From: Phycisphaerales bacterium
GTDB lineage: Bacteria > Planctomycetota > Phycisphaerae > WQYP01
Length of the DNA stretch: 64,000 nt
Reading direction: 5' to 3'
Assembly (NCBI GenBank): GCA_027451365.1
Contig: DAIDJN010000019.1
Coordinates: 14,400 to 78,399, forward strand
Shown: positions 31,829 to 42,397 of the stretch, one piece after another
Layout of the letters: every line of letters starts with the position of its first letter
Numbering within the stretch: the stretch's first letter is position 1
Position numbers and translations under genes: made by a program
The notes under the pieces: model-generated
The model's input: only the letters and a program-made list of their open reading frames with translations
What the model was told of the DNA's origin: nothing
Database searches by the model: none

Positions 31829-33253
31829 GTGTCAGACAATCAGACAGTACAGGAAACCACAGTGACGGGTCTGCTGGAAATTACCGAAAAAGGCCAGGGC
31901 TTTTTGCGGTTCGAATCGCGCAAGTTCAAGCCCGTGCCGGCGGACCCCACCGTCTCTGCCGAGGTTATTGCACGGGATCATCTGCGGCCGGGGCTGATGG
32001 TGACGGCCACCGCTAAATCCAATGGGCGGTCACCCGCTCCCGCGGTGATGGACATCGTTTCGGTGAATGGCAAAACCCTTGAAGAATACTGGCAGATGCC
32101 CGCATTTGGCGACCTGACTGTCATTGATCCGCGCGAACGTCTGAAACTTGAAACCGTGGGCGGCCCCATTTCTATGCGTATCATGGACCTGCTGACACCC
32201 ATTGGCCGCGGACAGCGCGGGCTGATTGTCGCGCCGCCAAAAACCGGTAAGACCACGCTGCTGAAGCAGATTGCCGAAGCCACGCTGCGGAACCATCCGG
32301 ATATGAAGGTGTTCATTCTTCTGGTCGATGAACGGCCCGAGGAAGTCACCGACTTTCGACGCACGCTGAACGCGGAAGTCTGGGCGAGCAATAACGATGA
32401 AGATGTCCTTTCTCATGTGCGTACAGCGCGAACGGTTATTGAGCGCGCGCGGCGCATGGTCGAATTCGGCCATCATGTGATGGTGGTGCTTGATTCGCTT
32501 ACCCGGTTGGGACGCGCATTTAACCATTTTGTCGGCAGTTCAGGACGCACCATGACCGGCGGTGTTGACTCCGGTGCGCTGGTTGAGCCGCGGGCTATTT
32601 TCGGCTCTGCACGGAATATTGAAAATGGCGGATCGCTTACCATTATCGCGTCCTGCCTCATTGAAACCGGCAGCAAAATGGATGATCTTATTTTTCAGGA
32701 ATTCAAGGGTACCGGCAACATGGAACTGGTGCTTTCCAGAAAACTGGCCGAGCGGCGGGTCTGGCCCGCGATAGACCTGCCCGCGTCCGGCACCCGAAAA
32801 GAAGAATTACTTCTTGGTGCCACCCATGCCTATAAGTCGGGCATGTTGCGCCGCGACCTGATCGGACGTGACCCGGTTGCCGCCATGGATGTCCTGGTCA
32901 AGGCCCTGTCCCGTTACCAGGCCAACGCCCAGTTCTGGGAGAGTCTGGCCTCGCCGACGAAGCTGGCTGCCCCCGCTCCTTTGCCCGGTCCCAGACCCGC
33001 ACCGGTTGCGTCCAATGGTTCGCCGCCCGCATCGCCAGCAGTCACAGTGCCGGCGGCCAAACCGGTGGTACCTGTGCCACAACCACCCGCCACGCCGGAG
33101 GACTCGAACAGCCCCACCGTGGGCGTGGCCCGTCCCATGCGAACTGGGCATGGCAGTCGCAGATATTCCAGCCGAGGCCGATCGCAACGCAGTGGTCGCA
33201 GTGGCAGTGGGGGTAGCAGCGGCGGCAGTGGCGGTGGACGCAGAAGGCGCTGA
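31829..33253 (+). CDS. rho: Transcription termination factor Rho (short N-terminus, low-complexity C-terminal tail)
   Basis: PIGRGQRGLIVAPPKTGKT, LLVDERPEEVTD, DSLTRLGRA, FGSARNIENGGSLTI, EFKGTGNMEL, SGTRKEELL. Confidence 0.96.
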   Translation: MSDNQTVQETTVTGLLEITEKGQGFLRFESRKFKPVPADPTVSAEVIARDHLRPGLMVTATAKSNGRSPAPAVMDIVSVNGKTLEEYWQMPAFGDLTVIDPRERLKLETVGGPISMRIMDLLTPIGRGQRGLIVAPPKTGKTTLLKQIAEATLRNHPDMKVFILLVDERPEEVTDFRRTLNAEVWASNNDEDVLSHVRTARTVIERARRMVEFGHHVMVVLDSLTRLGRAFNHFVGSSGRTMTGGVDSGALVEPRAIFGSARNIENGGSLTIIASCLIETGSKMDDLIFQEFKGTGNMELVLSRKLAERRVWPAIDLPASGTRKEELLLGATHAYKSGMLRRDLIGRDPVAAMDVLVKALSRYQANAQFWESLASPTKLAAPAPLPGPRPAPVASNGSPPASPAVTVPAAKPVVPVPQPPATPEDSNSPTVGVARPMRTGHGSRRYSSRGRSQRSGRSGSGGSSGGSGGGRRRR

Positions 33254-33931
33254 CCGGCCTGCCGTAGCACACCCCGCGGCATTGCCGCAATCAAATCGGG
33301 ACTCTCCGGCTACCCGAATCGCGCGAACACAGAACAGCCGCAACGCCGATTTTGCCATCCCGGCTTCGCGATAAAATTCAGCCGTTAACGGCTATGTCAG
33401 CACGTCGCTACCGGCCGCGTGGCCAGACTCCAGATATCGCGCTTCGGAGGAGACCGCTTTTCCGTCCCAATGGCCAGACCGCCGAGAACTGCGGAAAAAC
33501 TACCGGGCCTGGGCGTCCCAATTCCTGCAAGACTCAATAAAAACAAGCCGTTCTTTCGTAGCCTTTTCTGTTCAAAATCGTGGGTGTCTGCCATTGGGTA
33601 TCTCCTGAACGGCGGTTGTGCCGTGGGCGTTAATGCCCGGCAATTGCAAGCAAATCCTGTCCCGATCTAAAGTGTTAACTTATACGGCACGTGGTTGTTC
33701 ATGGCGTATCTGGGGACACGCTTTGTCCGTAAAAGCGGACTGTTAACAGCTCCCGGCACGAACAGCGATCTGTTATCAGAACCCGATAGCGGTAGTTTGT
33801 CCGGTTCGCGCCTCCTGATTTTGCGCTGATCGGGGAATTGTGCTGGGAACTCCGCGCCAATCGCGAGCTTTGATTTCATGCCACTGAAACTATAGAATGT
33901 CTGCCCGGCCGGCAGAATCTGGAGATGAACC

Positions 33932-35638
33932 ATGGGCGCACTAAGTGGCGGCAACCGACGGAATTTTCTGCGTTCATGTGCAGCCGTCGGCACGGTTATT
34001 TCGGCGGGCCGCGGCCTTTTTCGCCAGGCCGCCGCACAGGCACAGGTGGCACGCAATAAATTTAATCGGTTCAACCTGCCGCCGGCGCTTCCGCCAGATG
34101 CCGACCAGCCAAACCGGCAAGGCAACTGGGGAGATCAGGGCGACGGCACTTATGTGAATCCGGTTTTGCCGGCGGACTACAGCGATATTGATGTGATCCG
34201 CGTGGGAACCGATTATTATTTTATTTCCTCCACGTTTCAGTTCTCGCCGGGAATTATTATTTTACATTCGCGCGACCTGGTAAACTGGACCATCGTTGGC
34301 CATGCGATCACAGATTTAACGCGCATTACTCCCGAACTGAACTGGAACCGCATGGCCCGCTATGGACGGGGCATCTGGGCACCGGCAATTCGCCACCATA
34401 ACCATAAATTCTGGATTTATGTCTGTACGCCGGATGAAGGTATTTTCATGAGTACGGCCGACAATATTTCCGGGCCATGGACGCCGATTCATGCGGTAAT
34501 GCGCGCCGCCGGCTGGGATGATCCGTGTCCATTCTGGGATGACGACGGGCAAGGCTATCTTGTGACCAGCCATTTTTCCGCCGGCTATAAAATTTATCTT
34601 TTCAAGCTGACCGCCGATGGACGGAGAATCATTCCCGGTTCCGGACGGGTTATTCACCAGTCGCGCGGCAGTGAGGCGAATAAACTTTATAAGATCAACG
34701 GCTGGTATTATCACTATTACAGTCAGGTGCAGCGCGAAGGGCGCGTACCGATGATGGATAGGTCTCGACGCCTCGATGGACCATGGGAAACGCGCCAGCT
34801 TATGCACGTGAATCCGCGAATAGACCATGAACCGAATCAGGGAGGGTTTGTAAGCACCGCGGCCGGCCAATGGTGGTTCCTGACGCACCAGGGTTCCGGC
34901 CGCTGGTATGGCCGTGCCTGCTGTCTGCTGCCGGTAACCTGGGTCGATGACTGGCCGATTATTGGGAAAATTGGATCGGATGGCATTGGCAATATGGTCT
35001 GGCGGGACCGGATGCCCATCCACGGCCACGCGCCCTGTGTTCCGCAGACCAGTGACACCTTTGATCGCCCCGTTCTGGCGGCCCAATGGGAATGGAACTA
35101 CCAGCCGCGCGCCGACAAATGGTCGCTCACCCAACGCCCGGGATACCTGCGGCTTCACGCGTTTAAGCCATTGCGGGCGAATAATCTGTTAACTGCGGGT
35201 AACACGCTTACTCAGCGTGTATTTAAAACCAATCGGAATGTGGTAACTGTTCAGATGGATATAACGGGCATGACCGACGGCCAACACGCGGGGATATGCC
35301 ATTTTGCATCACATTTCTGGACCATTGGTGCGGCCCGGCGGGGCGACCAGACGCATATTGCGTTTAACCATAATGGGAAGCTGACGTATGGCCTGGCGAT
35401 GACGGCCTCCGTGGTCTGGTTCAGGTCCATCTGGGACATCAACGGACAAAGCCGGTTTTCGTTTAGTCTGGACGGTCGCCGGTTTGTGGATTTCGGCGAT
35501 AAATTTCGGCTGGCTTGGGGATTTTATCGGGGCGATCGGATCGGCATTTTCACTTTCAACAACAATGCTGAAAACGGCCATGTGGATGTGAAATACTTTC
35601 ATTATTTACTTGCCGAACCACGCGGCATGCGTACCTGA
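33932..35638 (+). CDS. Tat-exported GH43 glycoside hydrolase (beta-xylosidase/arabinofuranosidase type) with C-terminal beta-sandwich
   Basis: Tat signal RRNFL. Motifs NPVLPADYSDIDVIRVG.DYY..SSTF, HSRDLVNW, WAP, DPCPFWDDDG, E..KLYKINGWYY. Confidence 0.93.
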   Translation: MGALSGGNRRNFLRSCAAVGTVISAGRGLFRQAAAQAQVARNKFNRFNLPPALPPDADQPNRQGNWGDQGDGTYVNPVLPADYSDIDVIRVGTDYYFISSTFQFSPGIIILHSRDLVNWTIVGHAITDLTRITPELNWNRMARYGRGIWAPAIRHHNHKFWIYVCTPDEGIFMSTADNISGPWTPIHAVMRAAGWDDPCPFWDDDGQGYLVTSHFSAGYKIYLFKLTADGRRIIPGSGRVIHQSRGSEANKLYKINGWYYHYYSQVQREGRVPMMDRSRRLDGPWETRQLMHVNPRIDHEPNQGGFVSTAAGQWWFLTHQGSGRWYGRACCLLPVTWVDDWPIIGKIGSDGIGNMVWRDRMPIHGHAPCVPQTSDTFDRPVLAAQWEWNYQPRADKWSLTQRPGYLRLHAFKPLRANNLLTAGNTLTQRVFKTNRNVVTVQMDITGMTDGQHAGICHFASHFWTIGAARRGDQTHIAFNHNGKLTYGLAMTASVVWFRSIWDINGQSRFSFSLDGRRFVDFGDKFRLAWGFYRGDRIGIFTFNNNAENGHVDVKYFHYLLAEPRGMRT

Positions 35639-35756
35639 AATTTACCAGGCGCCGACATCATTGGGAATCGGGCGCACGCGTTGGCTGATGGGCCTCGCGG
35701 TCGCAAAGGGACCGTGCGGTCGCGCGTGCAAGGTGCCAGCCATATGAAGGTTCCGG

Positions 35757-36701
35757 TTAAATCTGAAAATCAAGCGGCTGTTCCTGAACAAATTCCCGCG
35801 GCGGCCGATTGCGGTATTGCAGTTCCGGGTGCTTTACGCTGACCCGGGTGTTAGGCGGAACCGACTGGGTAACAAATACATTGCCATTGATGGTCGCACC
35901 GCGTCCTACCACTGTATCTCCTCCAAGAATGCTGGCGTTGGGATACACCATCACATCATCCTGCAGCGTGGGGTGGCGCTTGGAACCGCGCAATGACTGC
36001 CCGCCGCGCGTGGAAAGCGCGCCCAGCGTTACGCCCTGATAAATTTTTACATTGCGGCCAATGTGTGTGGTTTCACCAATGACCACACCGGTGCCGTGGT
36101 CTATAAAGAAATAGTTGCTGATTTCCGCGCCCGGATGAATGTCAATACCCGTCAGGCTGTGGGCGTATTCACTCATGATGCGCGGCACCAGTGGAACGCC
36201 CAGCCGGTGGAGTTCGTGTGAAATGCGATATATCGTGATGGCCAGATACCCCGGATAGCAGAAAATAATTTCATCGACGCTGCCCGCCGCCGGGTCGCCC
36301 TCAAAAGCCGCCTGGGCGTCGGTGGCCAGAATTTCCCGCAGACGCGGTATTGATCCGAGAAATTCGTCGGTAACGGCTGCCGCGGTCGTGTCACAATTCG
36401 GGCAGTCTCCTTTACCGGAACGCTGATGCTGGTGGCGGATCGCGCGTCGAACCTGGTCAAACAGCATGTCGCGGACAGAACCAAGAATGGAACTGACATG
36501 AAACTGTAAATCAGCCTGGGTCAGATTCTGGCGGCCGAAAAAGCCGGGGAACAGCAATTCCCGCATTGTCTTGACCAGTTGAATCACCACGTCGCGATTG
36601 GGCAGAAATGTGGCGCCGATGTACTGTGTCTCAGCATACCGGCCATAGCTGGCAATGATGTCCTGCGTCAACTGGGACAGGTCCTGTTTGTCGGTGCTCA
36701 A
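35757..36701 (-). CDS. cysE: Serine O-acetyltransferase (CysE/EpsC type)
   Basis: GDPAA.S.DEII.CYPG, TGIDIHPGA.I...FFIDHGTGVVIGET, YQGVTLGALS, KRHPT. TTG start after an AGGAG RBS. Confidence 0.92.
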   Translation of the reverse strand: MSTDKQDLSQLTQDIIASYGRYAETQYIGATFLPNRDVVIQLVKTMRELLFPGFFGRQNLTQADLQFHVSSILGSVRDMLFDQVRRAIRHQHQRSGKGDCPNCDTTAAAVTDEFLGSIPRLREILATDAQAAFEGDPAAGSVDEIIFCYPGYLAITIYRISHELHRLGVPLVPRIMSEYAHSLTGIDIHPGAEISNYFFIDHGTGVVIGETTHIGRNVKIYQGVTLGALSTRGGQSLRGSKRHPTLQDDVMVYPNASILGGDTVVGRGATINGNVFVTQSVPPNTRVSVKHPELQYRNRPPREFVQEQPLDFQI

Positions 36702-36870
36702 GGGCAATCTCCTGCAAGCCAAAGTATGGTAGTTTAGGCCAGCCGGGGCGGCAGGGCCAGTGGTCGGCGGACCTCACGCCGATTTTGCGGGGCCGTGGCC
36801 GGGGCAATTGCAGATGGCGGCTTCCCCGCCTAATATCGTGGAACCTGTAATGGCCTAAGGAAAAATGTGC

Positions 36871-38394
36871 ATGGCGTATGACGATCTTCAATCCTTTCTG
36901 ACCGCTCTGGAAAAGGCCGGCGAACTCCGCCGTATTTCTGCAACCGTAGATCCCGTGCTGGAGGTGGCGGAAATTGCCGATCGCGTCAGCAAGTCGCCGA
37001 CGCGCAGCGGTCAGTGGCCAGCCTCCGGGCCGCCACCCTTCGGCGGGGCAAACCCATTGCACGGCACGCAGGGAACCAATCAGGCCCTGTTGTTTACCCA
37101 TGTCAAAGGGAGCGATATTCCCCTGGCGATCAACACCTTTGGTTCCTATGACCGGCTGCATAAGGCGCTGGGGTGCGACAATCTGGATGTTTTGGCGCAG
37201 CGCATTGCGGAGCTTACCAGACCAGAACCTCCGGTCGGGCTGATGGACAAAATTCGCAAAGGGCTGGACCTGCTGAAACTTGCCGGATACGGCCCGAAAG
37301 TGCGTTCCGGTGCCGCCCTGTGCCAGCAGGAGGTGCACACCGATGATGCGGACATTACCCGATTGCCCGTGATTCAATGCTGGCCAAAAGATGGCGGCAA
37401 ATATATTACGCTGGGTCAGGTGATTACCCGACATCCTGAAACCGGATCGCGGAATATGGGCATGTATCGCGTGCAGGTCTTTGACAAAAAACTCACCGCA
37501 ATGCACTGGCACATGCACCATGATGGCGCCCGGCATTTTCGTGCCTGGAAAAAGCTGGGCAAGCCGTGCCCGCTGGCGATTGTGCTTGGCGGGGAAAGCG
37601 TGCTGCCTTATGCCGCCACCGCGCCGCTGCCGCCGGGAATTGATGAGCATCTTTTTGCGGGCTTTTTAATGGGCCGGGGGCTGGACCTTGTGGCGTGTAA
37701 AACCATTCCTCTGGAAGTTCCGGCCAATGCGGAAATAGTGATTGAAGGCTTTGTTGATCCGGCCCAGACGATCCTGGAAGGGCCGTTTGGCGACCACACC
37801 GGCTTTTATTCACTGGCCGACCAATATCCGGTTTTTCGCGTAACGGCTGTGACGCATCGGAAAAATCCGGTTTATCCGACCACTATTGTCGGCAAGCCGC
37901 CGCAGGAAGATTATTATCTGGGCAAGGCAACGGAGCGTCTGTTTCTGCCGCTGCTGAAAATTCTGATACCGGACATCGTGGATTATGACCTGCCCATGTT
38001 CGGGGCGTTTCATAATTGCGCGGTGCTGAAAATCCGAAAGGATTATCCCTACCATGCTCGCAAGGTGATTCACGCCGTCTGGGGCGCGGGCCAGATGGCC
38101 TGGACCAAAATGGTGATCGTGGTGGATGAACATGTGGATGTGCACAACCTTGATGATGTGCTGTTTCATGTGGCGGCCAACGTGGACCCCCGGCGGGATA
38201 CGTTTATTGCCGAAGGTCCGCTGGATATTCTTGACCATGCCGCTCCGTTCATGGGTGCTGGCAGTAAAATGGGAATTGATGCAACGCGGAAGTGGCCCGG
38301 CGAGGGTACCGTGCGCGACTGGCCTGAGGAAATTTCCATGGATGACGCGACCATTGCCACCGTGAGCCGCCGGTGGAAAGAATATGGCTTTTGA
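36871..38394 (+). CDS. UbiD-family (prFMN-dependent) decarboxylase, probably the menaquinone (futalosine pathway) type
   Basis: WPKDGGKYIT, RNMGMYR, VPANAEIVIEG, EGPFGDHTGFY, VGKPPQEDY, GPLDILDHA, KMGIDATRK. Confidence 0.92.
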   Translation: MAYDDLQSFLTALEKAGELRRISATVDPVLEVAEIADRVSKSPTRSGQWPASGPPPFGGANPLHGTQGTNQALLFTHVKGSDIPLAINTFGSYDRLHKALGCDNLDVLAQRIAELTRPEPPVGLMDKIRKGLDLLKLAGYGPKVRSGAALCQQEVHTDDADITRLPVIQCWPKDGGKYITLGQVITRHPETGSRNMGMYRVQVFDKKLTAMHWHMHHDGARHFRAWKKLGKPCPLAIVLGGESVLPYAATAPLPPGIDEHLFAGFLMGRGLDLVACKTIPLEVPANAEIVIEGFVDPAQTILEGPFGDHTGFYSLADQYPVFRVTAVTHRKNPVYPTTIVGKPPQEDYYLGKATERLFLPLLKILIPDIVDYDLPMFGAFHNCAVLKIRKDYPYHARKVIHAVWGAGQMAWTKMVIVVDEHVDVHNLDDVLFHVAANVDPRRDTFIAEGPLDILDHAAPFMGAGSKMGIDATRKWPGEGTVRDWPEEISMDDATIATVSRRWKEYGF

Positions 38395-38433
38395 GTTTCA
38401 GTTCTTACTTGATCAATCTGGAAAATTAAGTTT

Positions 38434-40080
38434 ATGACCGACAGTTTGAATGCCGTTATGACGCCGGTTCGCACGCGATTTGCGCCCTCTCCGACCGGCT
38501 TTCTACATGTGGGCGGCGCGCGGACCGCGCTGTTCAACTGGCTTTATGCGCGAAAAAATAACGGGCAGTTTGTATTGCGTATTGAAGATACCGATCAGGT
38601 GCGATCCACAGCCGAATCCGCGGCGGGCATTCTAAGTGATTTGCAATGGCTGGGGTTGAACTGGGATTTTGGCCCTGTTCCCGGCGCGGGCAAAAATGAA
38701 TATTTCCAGAGTACCCGTCTGGATATTTATAACCAATATCTTCGTCATCTTATCGAACGCGGGCTGGCCTATGAAGCGTATGAAACGCCCCAGCAGCTTG
38801 CCGCCATGCGAATGGCCGCCGAAAAGGCCAAAAAGCCTTTCCGTTATCGCCAGAACATGCCGGGCCGTGCCGCCAAAGGTGAAGGCCCCTGCGTGATTCG
38901 GTTTGCCATGCCATGGGAGGAGATTCAGTTCACCGACGAGATTCTGGGCGATATTCGCGTGGCTGGCGATGAGCATGATGATATTGTCATACGTAAATCA
39001 GATGGCTTTCCAACCTATCATTTTGCGGTGGTGGTGGATGACCATCTGATGGGTATTACCCATGTGCTTCGTGCGCAGGAGCATCTGATGAACACGCCGA
39101 AGCATTTGGGCCTTTATGCCGCGCTCGGCTGGGTGCCGCCACGCCACGCCCACATGCCACTGGTGTTTAATATGGACAATACCAAAATGTCCAAGCGCGA
39201 CAAAGCCAAAGCGGCGCGTCAGGCCTTGCAGCTTTATGCCCGCCAGAAAAATGATCCGGCTTATGCCGCTCTGGCTGACAGTCTGAAAACCGACCGGCAG
39301 GCAATTGTGGATTTTGTCGCCAAGAAGAATGACGACACCGCGTTGGCCGCGCTGCTGGCCGCCGCCATTGGTGTTTCGCTGCCGGAAATTGATGTCCAGG
39401 ATTTCCGCCGCAGCGGTTACATGGCCGACGCGCTGCTTAATTTTATAGCCCTCATCGGCTGGTCGCCTGGAGAGAATCGCGAAATTCTGACCCGTGCGGA
39501 AATGCTGAATCTGTTTTCACTGGAGAGCATTGGCAAAACCAGTGGCCGATTTGACCGCAAAAAACTTCAGTGGATGAATGGTGAATATATACGTCGCTCG
39601 CCCGCAGACAGTCTGGTTCTCGCCGTGCGCAGCTTCTGCCAGGTGACGGATTACCCGCTGGCAAACGCTGATGAATCCAGCCTGCGGCGGATACTGGCTA
39701 TGTATCAGGAACGCATGGCCACGTTCGGCGAAATGGCCGAAAATTCCCGGTTCTTTTTCATCGAACCCCAGATTGACGGCGCTGCGGGTGAAAAATTCAT
39801 TGTTCGTAATCAGGGCTGGCGATGGCTGGCCCCGATTCATGATATACTTTCAGCCGTGGCGGCCTGGGACGCGGCCTCTCTTAATTCCGCCATGGAGCGT
39901 ATTATTGCCATGGGCGAAAAGCGGGGCGAAGCTGCGCAAGTTTTGCGCGTCGCCCTTGCCGGGGGCGCGGTTTCACCCCCAATGCTGGAAACCATTCTGC
40001 TGTTGGGGCGGCAACGAACGCTGGACCGGGTGCGGCGGGCGTTGCATCAGTTTACGCCTGCGGATTCATCGGCTGGATAA
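38434..40080 (+). CDS. gltX: Glutamate--tRNA ligase
   Basis: RFAPSPTGFLHVGGARTALFN, LRIEDTD, PTYHFAVVVDD, KMSKR, SPP anticodon-domain motif. Confidence 0.97.
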   Translation: MTDSLNAVMTPVRTRFAPSPTGFLHVGGARTALFNWLYARKNNGQFVLRIEDTDQVRSTAESAAGILSDLQWLGLNWDFGPVPGAGKNEYFQSTRLDIYNQYLRHLIERGLAYEAYETPQQLAAMRMAAEKAKKPFRYRQNMPGRAAKGEGPCVIRFAMPWEEIQFTDEILGDIRVAGDEHDDIVIRKSDGFPTYHFAVVVDDHLMGITHVLRAQEHLMNTPKHLGLYAALGWVPPRHAHMPLVFNMDNTKMSKRDKAKAARQALQLYARQKNDPAYAALADSLKTDRQAIVDFVAKKNDDTALAALLAAAIGVSLPEIDVQDFRRSGYMADALLNFIALIGWSPGENREILTRAEMLNLFSLESIGKTSGRFDRKKLQWMNGEYIRRSPADSLVLAVRSFCQVTDYPLANADESSLRRILAMYQERMATFGEMAENSRFFFIEPQIDGAAGEKFIVRNQGWRWLAPIHDILSAVAAWDAASLNSAMERIIAMGEKRGEAAQVLRVALAGGAVSPPMLETILLLGRQRTLDRVRRALHQFTPADSSAG

Positions 40081-40191
40081 ATCCTGGGTGGCCTGTGTGG
40101 AAGTATGGAACAGGAATAAGAGGTTCAGTTGCCAGCGGAGTGGGCGGCGGCTACGCTTAAACAACGTTTTTTTCTCTTGCAGGAGTCTTAC

Positions 40192-40914
40192 ATGCTGAAG
40201 TTTTCCGGTGACCCCGCCAATGTCATCCGTCAGGCGTATCAGAACAACCCCACCGCCAACACGCTGGTTCCCATTGTGGTGGAACGAAGCGGCCGTGGCG
40301 AACGTTCTTATGATATATTTTCGCGACTGCTGCGCGACCGGGTAATTTTTATGGCCGGACCGGTTGATGATGAAGTCGCGAATCTGGTCATCGCCCAGTT
40401 GCTTTTTCTCTCCAACGAAGATTCCAAGACTGATATTCATTTTTATATCAACAGCCCGGGCGGATCGGTTACCGCGGGTCTGGCGATCTATGACACCATG
40501 CAGTTCCTGCGCTGCGATGTGGCCACCACATGTGTCGGCCTTGCGGCCAGCATGGGGGCATGGCTTCTGGCGGCCGGCCGCAAAGGCAAGCGGTTTGCGC
40601 TGCCTAACAGCCGCGTCATGATTCACCAGCCGCTGATTTCCGGAGTCATGCAGGGCACCGCGACCGACTTATCCATTGAAGCCCGTGAAATGCTGCGTCT
40701 TAGAACCAGAATGTACGAGATTATGTCGTTTCATACCGGGCAAACCGTGGAAAAGGTTCATCGCGATTGCGATCGCAACCTGTGGCTGGAAGCCGATGAA
40801 GCGATTACCTATGGCGTAGTCGATAAAAAGCTGGAACGAATGCCCGAATCGCCGGTGGTCCGCGGAAGCGACCTTGCGCCGCCGGACGGGACCACCGATT
40901 CAGCCGACCAGTAA
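40192..40914 (+). CDS. clpP: ATP-dependent Clp protease proteolytic subunit
   Basis: [33 protein letters not shown] (catalytic Ser), IHQP; AGGAG RBS before ATG 40192. Confidence 0.97.
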   Translation: MLKFSGDPANVIRQAYQNNPTANTLVPIVVERSGRGERSYDIFSRLLRDRVIFMAGPVDDEVANLVIAQLLFLSNEDSKTDIHFYINSPGGSVTAGLAIYDTMQFLRCDVATTCVGLAASMGAWLLAAGRKGKRFALPNSRVMIHQPLISGVMQGTATDLSIEAREMLRLRTRMYEIMSFHTGQTVEKVHRDCDRNLWLEADEAITYGVVDKKLERMPESPVVRGSDLAPPDGTTDSADQ

Positions 40915-41026
40915 TTTTGGCGGGTTTCAGTTTTTCACTGGATACAAGCGAGTTCATCTTATGCCGCAATGCAGCGCTGATGTAAGCCAACGGTTGGTTG
41001 GAAAGTGCGGGCGAATTCCAGTTAAT

Positions 41027-41656
41027 ATGCGAGCCCGCTTGTGTCCACTGGCGGGCTTTCTGGCCATTGTTGGCCTGTCGGGCCTGATGGGGGGCTGCGC
41101 TAATTATGCGAAAAACGCGCCTCTATACCGGCAGAACGTGGCGCTGCAGAATCAGAACACGCTGCTTGAAAGTCAATTAAAAAGTGAACGCGCAAAAGTG
41201 GCGGACTTGAAAGATCAACTCGCCGCAAAAACCCCGCGCTTCGCCACTCTGCCTCCGGGGCGGCTGGACCAGTTGTTTACCGTCACCAGCGTCAGCATTT
41301 CCGGCGATACGCGATCCAGTCGGCTGGGGAATAATCCCACACTCCGCGGATTCCGCATTTTTGTGCGCACTGGCATGGCCGGTGGGATGGCGCTGCCCGC
41401 GACGGGACAATTTGTCCTTGAAGCGTTTGACCTTGCGGCACCGGCCGGGCGGGAACGCGTCGGCCGGTGGGTGTTTACACCCATGGAATCAAAGAAAGAC
41501 TGGTATGGCATGTTCGGCATAAATGCATTTGCGTTTGATTGCCCGTGGAAACTGCCGCCGTCACACCGGCAAATAACGTTTAAGGTTGCATTTACCGACG
41601 CTTTGACCGGGCAAGTCTTTACAGCGCAGCGTCTGGTGAAGGTACGCATCAAATAA
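41027..41656 (+). CDS. Putative lipoprotein with coiled coil
   Basis: Hydrophobic signal ending LMGG-C (lipobox-like), then a coiled coil and a beta-rich domain. Start uncertain. Confidence 0.65.
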   Translation: MRARLCPLAGFLAIVGLSGLMGGCANYAKNAPLYRQNVALQNQNTLLESQLKSERAKVADLKDQLAAKTPRFATLPPGRLDQLFTVTSVSISGDTRSSRLGNNPTLRGFRIFVRTGMAGGMALPATGQFVLEAFDLAAPAGRERVGRWVFTPMESKKDWYGMFGINAFAFDCPWKLPPSHRQITFKVAFTDALTGQVFTAQRLVKVRIK

Positions 41657-41713
41657 TTCAGGGGGCGGCGTCCATCGCATAAAGTGAACCCGCGCGCTGC
41701 CGCGGCGGTGGGG

Positions 41714-42397
41714 TCAGGGCTTGAAAAATCTCAGGTCCGCATGTTTTGGATACATATTCCGGACGTACCGATAGGCGACGTAGGCAGTCACGCCGTCGCA
41801 GAACAGTTTTTTGTAAAATAGCTGGCTTACCAGAGCGGCATCGGCCCAGCGAATTTCCCTCCGCGGACTGATAAATGCGTCCGCTCCGGTGCCGCGGACA
41901 AAGGCTTCCCCGAAGGCGTCATTACCGGTCAGACAACTGGAAGAGAAAACTGTCTTCCCGCGCAGGTCTCCAGCCAGAGAAATGACTTCATCAACGTCAA
42001 CTTCTTCCAGTTGAAGCACCAGTTTTCGCTGCAAACCGTGCATGGAAAGGTGAATGTGGCGACTGGTCGAAAGGCGTGCCAGCCTCAGGAAATGTCCAAG
42101 TTCCAGTTTGGTGCGGATAAACGAATAGAGCGGTCTTGCGCCGATCATGCGGAGAAATTCACCGAGCAACCGACCTTCCGACCAATACTTTTCGGTGGGT
42201 TTGCGGGAAACGGATTCTATCAGGAACACTTTATTGGAAGGCTGAAGGCGACGCGCCGGCATGCGATCTGTCTCGCCGTCCTGATAGGCGAAATAGGCGG
42301 TTCCATTTGCCAGAAAAGTGATGCGCGCTGGGAATAACCGCTCCCGGTTCCACGGGGCGTATACGCGATCACCTATATGCAAGTTTCTGCCGACCAT
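41714..42397 (-). CDS. Tudor-like N-terminal domain plus caspase/CHAT-like domain protein
   Basis: GDRVYAPW...FPARI.....AYFAYQDGE (Tudor-like). HIHLSMHG and VFSSSC match the His/Cys dyad pattern of clan CD proteases. Purine-rich RBS before ATG 42397. Confidence 0.6.
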   Translation of the reverse strand: MVGRNLHIGDRVYAPWNRERLFPARITFLANGTAYFAYQDGETDRMPARRLQPSNKVFLIESVSRKPTEKYWSEGRLLGEFLRMIGARPLYSFIRTKLELGHFLRLARLSTSRHIHLSMHGLQRKLVLQLEEVDVDEVISLAGDLRGKTVFSSSCLTGNDAFGEAFVRGTGADAFISPRREIRWADAALVSQLFYKKLFCDGVTAYVAYRYVRNMYPKHADLRFFKP

